The notes beneath the pieces were generated by a model. It saw nothing but the letters and a program-made list of their open reading frames with translations. It had not been told where the DNA came from and ran no database searches. A stretch of DNA of 64,000 nt from Candidatus Poseidoniales archaeon (GTDB lineage Archaea; Thermoplasmatota; Poseidoniia; Poseidoniales; Poseidoniaceae), in NCBI GenBank assembly GCA_038150305.1, contig JAYOTG010000008.1, positions 8,380 through 72,379 on the forward strand, given 5' to 3'. Below are positions 18,080-27,900 of this stretch, in pieces. The position numbers and the translations under genes were made by a program. Position 1 is the first letter of the stretch; the number at the start of each line of letters is the position of its first letter.

Positions 18080-20361
18080 GAATCGCCCCGGCACGCTTCG
18101 GCCACGCACAGCGTGGCCATGTTCACGATGTCGCGGACCTCGTCGTTGCGGGCCACAATTTGCACGGGGAAGGTGGTGCCTTCGAGGATGGGCCCGATCA
18201 TTTCTGCGTCGGCCAATTGCTCCAACAATTTGTACGCAATGTTCGCAGCGGCAAGGTTCGGACACACGAGGACGTTGGCGGGGCCGTCGAAATTCAGGAA
18301 GGGGTATTCCTCTTGGACGAGCGTATCCAGCGCGGTGTCCGCCTGCATTGGGCCGTCGATTTTCAGCGTCGGGTCCAACTCGCGGGCGGTGGCCACGGCC
18401 TCTTCGAGTCGCGTGCTCCGCTGCTCCCGGTTGGTTCCAAAGTTGGAGAAGGAGAGCATCGCGACGCGGGGCTCAAGGCCAAAGCGCCGTGCAACCCTTG
18501 AGGTCTGCACCGCGATTTCCGCCAAGGTGCGCTGGTCAGGATAGATGTTCACGGTGGCATCAGCGAGGATAATGAGACGGCCGGCGACGGAAACCACGTA
18601 GCATCCGACGATGCAGTGGCCTTCTGGGTGCGTCCCAAGGCTCTGAATGGCGGGCTTCAGCACGTCGGCATAGGTGCGACCGACACCCCCGACCATGCCG
18701 TCGGCATCGCCTGCCCTCAGCATGCTGGAACCGAAGTAAGGACGGCTCTTGAGCAGCCGCTCAGCGTCCGCCAGCGTGACGCCCTTCCTCGCCCGTCGCT
18801 TGGCAAGTTCAGGCGCATAAACGCCCTTTCTGCGCTCGTCCTTTCTTGGGTTCACGATGGTGTGGTCGAACTCGAGCCCAAGGTGCTCGATGCGCCGCTG
18901 AATGCGGTCGGGCGGACCGAGGAGGATGGGGTGACAGATCTGCTGGTCGGACAACTGAGCCGCAGCACGGAGCACCCGTTCCTGATCACCTTCAGGGAAG
19001 ACGATGCGTTTCCCTCGTCCGCGGACCTGGTTGATCACGCTGCGCATGAGGGCGTAGCTTTGTCCGAGCCGGCCCTCAAGCTCCTCGCGGTAGCGCAGAG
19101 CATCGAAATCATCGGCTGAGACGGCCGCAACGCCCTCCTCAACGGCGGCCTGAGCGACCGCGCTGGCTTCCCAGATGAGCACCCTGCGGTCGAAGGGTTT
19201 CGGAATGATGTACTCGGGACCAAACTGCATCTCAAGGCCGTCATAGGCCTGCGAGATGTAGTCAGGAACGGGTTCCTTCGCCAGTGCAGCGAGCGCGCGG
19301 GTGGCGGCCATCTTCATGCCCTGCGTGATGTCTCGAGCGCGGACGTCGAGCGCGCCGCGGAAGATGTAGGGGAAACCGAGGACGTTGTTCACTTGGTTGG
19401 AGTAATCCGAACGCCCGGTCGCGATGATCGCATCGTTGCGGACCGCTTTGACCTCGTCAGGCGAAATTTCCGGCGTTGGGTTGGCCAACGCGAACACGAT
19501 TGGACGCTCGGCCATGCTGGCGACCATCTCGCCGGTCACCAGCCCGCCGCGGGACAAGCCCAGCATGACGTCCGCTCCGACCAGCGCATCGCTGAGGTCA
19601 CCGGCAGGTCGGTCTTGAGCAAAGGGCGCTTTGTACGCGTTGATTTCACCGGCCTCGAGACGGGCCTTGGTGACGATGCCCTTGCTGTCGCACATCGTGA
19701 TATGCTCAGGTGCAACGCCGCACGCCACGTAGTGATTCGCGCAGGCGATGGCGCTGGCTCCAGCGCCAATGACGACCACCTTGACGTCCTCGATGGCTTT
19801 GCCTTGCAATTCACACGCGTTGATCAGCGCAGCTGCAGAGATGATGGCCGTGCCGTGCTGGTCGTCGTGCATCACTGGAATATCGGTGGCCTCGGCGATG
19901 CGTCGCTCAATTTCGAAGCATTCGGGGGCCTTGATGTCCTCGAGGTTGATGCCGCCAAAGGTCTTCGAAATGGCCACCACGGTGTCGATGAAGCGCTCCG
20001 GATTCGTCTCGTCAACCTCGATGTCAAACACGTCAATGTCGGCGAAGGTCTTCAGGAGCAGCCCCTTTCCTTCCATGACCGGTTTGCTGGCCAAGGCGCC
20101 GATGTCGCCGAGACCAAGCACGGCCGTACCGTTCGAGATCACGGCCACCAAGTTGCCTTTCGACGTGTAGCGGTAGGCGTCCTCCGGCCGCTCTGCGATT
20201 TCCAGACAAGGGTAAGCCACGCCCGGCGAGTACGCCAACGAGAGCTCGTGAGCGGTGGCGTGTGGCTTGGTCGGAACGACCTTGATTTTCCCGCGAGGGG
20301 AGGCCTCGTGATACTCCAAGGCTTCTCGCTTGAGGCGCTCTTCGCGCGTTGCTTCCGCCAT
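18046..20361 (-). CDS. maeB: NADP-dependent malic enzyme with phosphotransacetylase-like domain
   Basis: LAYSPGVA, SNGTAVLGLG, KPVMEGK, HDDQHGT, GRSDYSNQVNN; C-terminal RIVFPEG and DGPMQAD. Confidence 0.96.
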   Translation of the reverse strand: MAEATREERLKREALEYHEASPRGKIKVVPTKPHATAHELSLAYSPGVAYPCLEIAERPEDAYRYTSKGNLVAVISNGTAVLGLGDIGALASKPVMEGKGLLLKTFADIDVFDIEVDETNPERFIDTVVAISKTFGGINLEDIKAPECFEIERRIAEATDIPVMHDDQHGTAIISAAALINACELQGKAIEDVKVVVIGAGASAIACANHYVACGVAPEHITMCDSKGIVTKARLEAGEINAYKAPFAQDRPAGDLSDALVGADVMLGLSRGGLVTGEMVASMAERPIVFALANPTPEISPDEVKAVRNDAIIATGRSDYSNQVNNVLGFPYIFRGALDVRARDITQGMKMAATRALAALAKEPVPDYISQAYDGLEMQFGPEYIIPKPFDRRVLIWEASAVAQAAVEEGVAAVSADDFDALRYREELEGRLGQSYALMRSVINQVRGRGKRIVFPEGDQERVLRAAAQLSDQQICHPILLGPPDRIQRRIEHLGLEFDHTIVNPRKDERRKGVYAPELAKRRARKGVTLADAERLLKSRPYFGSSMLRAGDADGMVGGVGRTYADVLKPAIQSLGTHPEGHCIVGCYVVSVAGRLIILADATVNIYPDQRTLAEIAVQTSRVARRFGLEPRVAMLSFSNFGTNREQRSTRLEEAVATARELDPTLKIDGPMQADTALDTLVQEEYPFLNFDGPANVLVCPNLAAANIAYKLLEQLADAEMIGPILEGTTFPVQIVARNDEVRDIVNMATLCVAEACRGDSYWETLRSTSD

Positions 20362-20491
20362 CTTCCTCGGCCTCCTCGGCGACGCATCCCGGTTTGAGCC
20401 TTCTGTGGTGTGGCTCGGCACACCGCCATATCTGGTCGGTGCATTCACCTACGGAGGACCGTTGAAGAACCGTCACAAACCATCCTCACGC

Positions 20492-21931
20492 GTGCACAGG
20501 TCACGCGTCATCGCGACCATCGGCCCGTCCTGCGACAAGGAGGCCACCTTGGCTTCGATGCTCGAGGCTGGACTGGACGTGGCGCGCCTCAACTACTCGC
20601 ACGGAGATTTCGAGGGCAAGGCAGCGACCATTCAGCGTCTGCGCGCCGCAGAAGCGGCAGCGGGCCGACCGCTCGGCGTGTTGGCTGATCTTCCGGGCCC
20701 AAAGCTCAGGCTGGGGCGCTTTCCTGGTAGTGTACACCTGGAACGAGGCATGACGGTGAGCCTGTGCTGCGGCCAAGACGCTTCGGATGACGTCAGCCAT
20801 CGCGCCTTTCCTGTTCCCTACGGGGCGTTGGCCGAAGAACTGCGCGTGGGCGACCCGGTCCTGCTCGCAGACGGGCTAATCCGGTTGGAAGTGGAGGCCA
20901 TCGAAGGCTCGACGGTCAGAGCCCAGGTCTTCGACGGTGGCCATCTCAGCGAGCGCAAGGGCATCAACGTCCCTCGAACCAAGGTTTCGCTCCCCGCCAT
21001 CGGAGCACGGGACGAAGCTTGCCTCCGGCATGCCCTCGAACTCGAAGTGGACTTTGTCGCCGTGTCCTACGTTCGGAGCGCAGCGGACCTGGAACCCGCG
21101 CGCCGCATCATCGCCGAGGCTGGCCTTCACACCTGGGTCATCGCGAAGATCGAACATCCCGCCGCCCTTGAGGACCTGGATGCCATCGTCGAAGCCTCTG
21201 ATGCGGTCATGGTGGCGCGTGGCGACCTCGGCGTTGAAATCCCTCTGGAGGAGGTCCCTGCAGCCCAAGAGCGTATTATCGGCATGTGCCTTGCTCGAGG
21301 GAAACCCGTCATCGTGGCCACGCAGATGTTGGAATCCATGGTCGATCATCCGCGACCCACACGCGCCGAAGTCAGCGACGTCGCCACGGCGATTCGCCAA
21401 TTCACGAGCGCGGTCATGCTCTCCGGGGAGACGGCAACAGGAGCCTATCCGGTGGAAGCCGTCTCCACGATGGTGCGTATCGCTGAGCGCGCTTCGTCCG
21501 CCATCGATGGACTGCCGAGCCCACCTGCGTTGGCGATGTTCAGAAGCACCCGGGCCATCACCGGCGCCGCGGTCAAGCTGGCCGCGGACGTGGACGCAGA
21601 TCGGCTCATCGTCGCCACCCAGCACGGCAGCGCTGCACGGTTGATGGCCGCCCACCGTCCCCAACGGCCCATTTTGGCCATCACCAACCGCGTCCGCGCC
21701 CTACGGAGAACCACCGTCCTTCCCGGCGTGGACGGGCATTTGGTGGAGGAACAAGCCCGGTCGAGGGACACCGTCGGATCGGCTGTAAAGGCCATGGTCG
21801 ATGCCGGGCGCATGCAGGCCGGGGAAAAGATCGTCACCGTGACCGGTTCACCCAACGCCATCCGGGGTCGAACCTCAACCATCCGTTTGGCGCGGGTCGA
21901 CGACGAAGGCCACCTCCAGATGCTGGAATGA
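20492..21931 (+). CDS. pyk: Pyruvate kinase
   Basis: IATIGP, ARLNYSHG, DLPGPKLR, IAKIE, MVARGDLGVE, ATQMLESM, MLSGETA; start approximate (GTG 20492). Confidence 0.96.
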   Translation: MHRSRVIATIGPSCDKEATLASMLEAGLDVARLNYSHGDFEGKAATIQRLRAAEAAAGRPLGVLADLPGPKLRLGRFPGSVHLERGMTVSLCCGQDASDDVSHRAFPVPYGALAEELRVGDPVLLADGLIRLEVEAIEGSTVRAQVFDGGHLSERKGINVPRTKVSLPAIGARDEACLRHALELEVDFVAVSYVRSAADLEPARRIIAEAGLHTWVIAKIEHPAALEDLDAIVEASDAVMVARGDLGVEIPLEEVPAAQERIIGMCLARGKPVIVATQMLESMVDHPRPTRAEVSDVATAIRQFTSAVMLSGETATGAYPVEAVSTMVRIAERASSAIDGLPSPPALAMFRSTRAITGAAVKLAADVDADRLIVATQHGSAARLMAAHRPQRPILAITNRVRALRRTTVLPGVDGHLVEEQARSRDTVGSAVKAMVDAGRMQAGEKIVTVTGSPNAIRGRTSTIRLARVDDEGHLQMLE

Positions 21932-21987
21932 TGCTGTGCAGTTCGACGAAGTTGTTTGAACATGCAAACCGACCCCTTATACCTGTT

Positions 21988-24900
21988 ATGAAGGCCAAAT
22001 CGAACATGGAAGGTCGGCAAGACGCTCCACAAGACGGCGTGCGCCTGCACGCCACCGGTCTTGTGATGCTGATGCTGATGAGCCTTGTATCGCCCTTGCT
22101 GATGCCAAACGTTGCGGCACACGAGGACCCCGGAGGCGCGGTGTGGCCGATGAGCGGCAGCGAGGACACGGGGTGGGTGAGGCTCAACGCCACCTCCGCC
22201 GACGGCATCCAACCGGCCAGCGCGGATTGGAACCTGACCTTCGCGCCGGGAGCCACGCTTGACAACGTCTCCTTCGAAATTCGAGTCTCTGGGGCCGATG
22301 GCGTGGTCATCGATTCCCCGCTGATGATTTCAGGAGGGTCCATCGGATCAGCCCTGCTCGACCTCAGCGACCAAGGTTGGATGGGTCAAACCCTCGACCT
22401 CGACGGCGGTGACCCCTTCACGGGACGGACCTCAAGCAGCGGCTTGTCGTCCAGCTGGGCGCTCCCCGGCGGCGCCACGGTCACCGACCTGGTGATTCAA
22501 GCCCTCGCGCCAGCCGACCCCACCGTCTCGCTGAAGCCGCTGGCCTTCGAACCGGTGGCCAGCGCAGTGCACCCTGACGACGGGCGTCTTTGGCTGGCCG
22601 TGGACGAACAGATGTTCGTCATCGACGCGGCCATGTCACCGCCCACCATCGACATCCTCGCCTCTCCAGTTGGCACGGTCGTTGACGTGGCCGTAGACAT
22701 GACCCATCGGGAACTCGTGGTGCTCGGCGAAGACGGCCTTGCCATGATTGACTTCGATGACGGGAACATCTGGGCCTACAGCCAGCAGGCCACCCCTGCA
22801 GGCCTTCGTGGCCTGGCCACCAACGCCTCAGGGGACGTCCACGTGGTGGCCGAAGACTGCCTGTACGCCCGCCTCGCCGGTGATGCCGCCGGATGGACCA
22901 AACTTGCCGGTTGCAACGGCAACACCTTCCCCATCTCGAGCACAGGAGACGTGCTCACGATGGAGATCATCGGCCAATACGTCTACGTCAGCATGGCCGA
23001 TGAAGGCGTCATTCGCTACGACACGGTGAGCAGCACCTCCTCCGTTTGGTCCTCCGCCAACGTGCTCCACTCCGACCAAGTGACCTCCATCGTCCAGATG
23101 GGTTCGCAAATTCTGTTCGGTTCAGAGGACGCTGGCATCGCGCGCTTCAACCCCGCCCTTAACCTCTGGCAGGCCACGTGGTCGAGCGCCAACTGGCTGG
23201 CCGATGACCAGATCAATGGTCTCGAAGTCATCGGGAGTGACCTCTGGGTGCTCGCAGGCGCGTCCATCCAAAAGTACGACATCAACTCCGGTGTGTTCAC
23301 CGCCCACTCCGGCCCTTCAGACCTCAGCGATGGAGGGTTGGGCGGTGATGTGCCGGTCATGATGGCGTGGCCCACCGGCGGTGCCCGGGCGCCCGCGGAC
23401 GCGACCCTGCTCATCGGTGACGGAACAGGGACCTTCCTTCGCATGGCCCCCGGTGCAACACCGATTCAACAAAGCAACCTTGTCCTCGCCACCAGCCCTC
23501 CGATTGCTGAAATGACGGCCGTGGCCTCGTTCGGCAACGAAGTGTACGTTGGCGGAGACGACCTCGTCGCCGTCTACAACGCCACGCAGCGCCGATGGAC
23601 GGGTGCCACCACCATTTTTGGCGCGCCCAGCGCGATGACCGCGACGGCGGCCGACCTCTGGGTGGCGACGGAAGAAGACGGGTTGTACCGTATCCCCTCA
23701 TCAACCGGAACCCCTCAACAGCTCCAGAGCAGCACGGACGCACGCTGGAACGCCATTGTGGGCCTGGCCGTTGACGCACAAGACGTGGTGCTAACCCACG
23801 AAGACGGTGGCGTCAGCGTGTGGAACCTCACCGACTTGGCCAACGGCAATCCCCCTTGGGAAAGCGGTGCCACCAGCGACGTTCCCGCAGACGCCACAGG
23901 CGAGGTCGCCATCCACAACCGCACCGCTTACTTCGCGAGCGAGGACGGATTGCTCCGCCTCGACCTTGACGGTACGCCGACATGGTTGAGTGCATGGGGC
24001 AGCACCGGCATCGACCAGTCCTTCTACGCCCCCATCGTGGAGTACCAAGGCGTGCTGCACTACGGCCTGTACGGCTACGGGGTGATTCGCATTGACCTTG
24101 CGTCAGGTGAACTCCTCGAACCGCTGCTCGACGGAAACGGGAACGGCGCCCGTGGCGCCCTGCCAAGCGACGCCATCTACAGCGTGGCGGTCACCAACAT
24201 CCGTGGAAGCGCAGAACTTGCCATCGGCACCCAATCTGGCGCCATCTTGTGGGACGGAAGCAGCGCCTACAACATCCCAGGTGGACGCAATTGGGACGAA
24301 CGCCCCGGCCAGCATCTCGAATTCATGGATTTGGGATCCTATTTGTTCGCCGCCACCAACCTCGGCGTCTGCCGCTGGCAGGTGGACGCCTCGGGTGGAT
24401 TGGACATCGACGGCTGCCTGACGGTGTACGACGGCATGCCCAACTGGGCGACCTATTCACTCGGCCACAACAGCACGCACATCTTCGGTGGCACGCTCAG
24501 CGGTGTGGGCGTCATCGCCCGCAGCTCCTTCTCCGTGGTCGACACCTGGGAAACCCAATCCGCTGACAACGCGCCTGTCGCCGTGGTCGGCGACGTGGCC
24601 TACATCGGCCTTGACGGCATTGGTGTGGCACGGTGGGACCTGACCAACGGAGCATGGCAGAACCTGTGGACCTCGAGCGGCGTGCTGGACACCAACGGCA
24701 TCACCGGCCTGGTGGCCGGCGCTCAAGCCAACACCCTCTGGGTGGGTGGAGACGACGGGTTCCAACTCATTGACGTCATCAACTCGACCGAGTTGGTCGA
24801 CATCGAGAAAACCAGCGGCCTGTACTACGACAACGGCGACCCCTACGACCTCATCATGGTCGATGACGTGCTGTACTACAACCAACGCACGGCATCTGAT

Positions 24901-27900
24901 AGGATCTACCGCATCGACACCAGCGATTACTCCTCAGCGACCAACTTCCTCGACATCGGCGTCCACCTCAACGAGGGGAGCCTCGACGTGGCGGGCATGG
25001 GCCGCATGGGCGACGTCATCGTCGCGAGCGCCGTTTCCAGTCAATGGTGGAACACCGAGGGAAGCGGCGGCATCGTCCGCTGGAACGCCACCAGCAACAG
25101 TTGGCTGCCCGACATTCTCCCGGACACGTCCATCGAAGTCATGGAGGTCCTGCAGACCGCAAACGGCGACACGTGGATTCAGTACGGCGACGACGGTGTT
25201 GAGGTGCTCGACGCCAACGGCACCCAGATCTTGGGCTGGTCCGCCAGCGAGACGCCCAACTTGCCCAACGGCCAGGGGGGCTATCCGATGGGTGGCGGCA
25301 TGGTCGAATGGGGTGGAGACATCCTGTTCGCTTCCGAAGATGGCGTCGGCGCTTATGACCCAACCACGGCCACGTGGTCCACGTATTGGACGTCCACGGG
25401 TACGCCCGAAGTGTACGAACTCTGGACCGACGGAAACGTGCTTTTCATCGGCGCCACCAGCGGCCAGGGCTGGAACCCTGACGGCGTGGTGATCATGGAG
25501 GACAGCAATGGCACCCAAACCACAGTGCTCTCCTCACAGGCCGGCGACTTCTCGAACGCGTATCCGATCAGCATCGAGGCATGCGACGGCATGGTCTGGA
25601 CGGCCTTCTTCCAGCTGTCAGGCGGAGCCCAAGTCATCGGCGTGGACCCGAACGGGGTTGCGTCGGACGTGGTCATCGACGGTCAAGACTTCGGGACCAA
25701 CGCCCGACCGGCTGCTTTGGCCTGCTCAGGTACAGAATTGCACGTTGGCTTCTGGTCGGTCAGTGCCGGCGTCATCGTGTGGGACCTGGCCACCGGCCAG
25801 GTGGTCGACCAACTCACCAACGCGGACGGCATGAGCAACTCCGCGGTGTACTACGACGCCATGGCAACGGTCGGGCCCGCAAGCGCTCCTTCCATCGCCG
25901 TGGGTTACGACACGAACAACGGAGAAGGCGGTTTTGCCGTGTACGATGTGGCCAACCGCGTTCCCACCGTCCGAGAACAAGGGGCACTGGTCACCACGGT
26001 GGACCGCGCATCGAGCGGAGCGGTGGTGTACGGCATCCCCGGTCTCAGCTCCGGCTACAGTCAAGTGGGGACGTGGTGGCCGTCCACCGGCGCCTCCATC
26101 ATCGGAAGCCGCATCCAACTTAACTCAGGTTCCGTCTCGGCCCTGGCAGGTTCGGGCACCACCCTCTATGCGGCCACCTACGACCCCATCGCAGGGTTCG
26201 GAAGCTCCACCGGCGGCAGCGCGCTCTTGGTTGGCGACGTGGCCAGCAACGGTACCCTGACCTGGACCGAGGGCCATGTGATGCGCTCGGGCATGCGGGC
26301 CAGCTCGCTGGCCATTGGCAGCCAAGCCGTGCACGTTGCGACCGCCCCAAGGGGCGGTGGACAAGGCGGTGGGCAAGGCGTTGGTTTGCTGACCCTTGAC
26401 CTGTTGAACGGCTCATGGTCCACGGCCAGCAACGGCCTTTCCGACAACCTCGACGGCTTGGCGTGGTACGGCAACGAACTGGTAACGGGCTTGGTCGGAG
26501 GCGGCAGTGGCGTCTCTGGCGTGCAGGTCTACGACCGGACCAGCGACGCCTTTGTCGACGGTGGTGTCCTTGGCGGTCTGCCGTCCAACACCATCCTCGG
26601 CTTGTCCCGCACCTCAGCTTCAGACGTGGTCCATATCGCCACCGACGGTGGCGTGGGCCGGTTTGATCGGAGCATGGACGGTTGGGACACACCCATCACC
26701 ACCGTGAACGGTCTTGCCTCGAACAACGTCGAGGATGTCCTCACGTGGTTTGATGGCGCTGGCAACGAGCAGGTGTTGCTGGCCACCGAAGGTGGCTTGG
26801 CCCTGTGGAACGCGTCCACGGACCAAATGATCGCCACATGGGACGACACCTCTGGCCTGCTCGAAACATCCACGTGGGGCCTGTTCAGGAACGCGACGGA
26901 CGGAAGCGTGCTGCTGGCACACGACGGGCTCGGCTCATCCCGGCCAGGCGCGACCGTGCTCGCTGCCTCGTCTTCTGCGACCGGTGGATTCGTTGTGGAC
27001 GACACCCACCGGTTCGACCAACTCCCGTCCAACGACGTGACCGCCGTGGCCGCCGATTGGTGGGGCCTGCACATCGCGACAGAAAGCGGCACCATGACCC
27101 ATTGGAACGCCCTGAGCGAAGAATTCGAAGAAGGGATTGACCGCACCCCGACGAATCAACGGGTCGAACAAATCGTGGCCGACGGCACCACCGCGGTCCT
27201 GATGACGAACAGCGGCCTCGTGCTCGTCGAGGCCTCTGCTGCAGCACATGCCCAACTCGCCGCTGAAACCGTCGTCGGCATCAGCGACGTTGCACTCGAC
27301 GCTTCCGGCGCCGTGTGGGCCAGCACCTTTGACGACGGATTGGCGGCGTGGAGCGCCCCCCCCGGCTACCAGCCGGTGCCCAGCGCAGCCAGCCTCCGAG
27401 CCACGCCGCTCAACCTCGGCATCGGCACCGGCTTCGCCGACGTGACCGAATTCCTGCATCCAGGCACCACCATCGACCTGCTCAACCTCACCGATCTGAG
27501 CAACGTGAGCCTCCCCGCTGGCGCGGCGGGAGCGCTCACGCCCACGGCCCTGCCGCTTGTCTTCAGTTCGAGCACTCAGGGCGCGGCCGTGTGGGCTTCC
27601 ACCGAGCTGCTGCTGTGGGACGGCACCTTCGAGATGGCCGACGACGCCTTCGTCAGCCGCCTTCAAGCCACCGTGGACACCGGGCGCATGCTCAACGGGA
27701 ACTTGACCGTTGAAGCACAATTGTTCAGCCCGGTGAACGGATCCATGGACGTGCGCCTCATCTACGACTGGAGCCGCACGGAGACGCCCATCGAACTCCT
27801 CGACCTCACGGACCGCCCTGACGACGGTGGCGGTGCACTCCGTGCCTCATGGTCCCTCGTCCACGACGACGATTTCGCACGGTACCTCATCTACCTCAAG

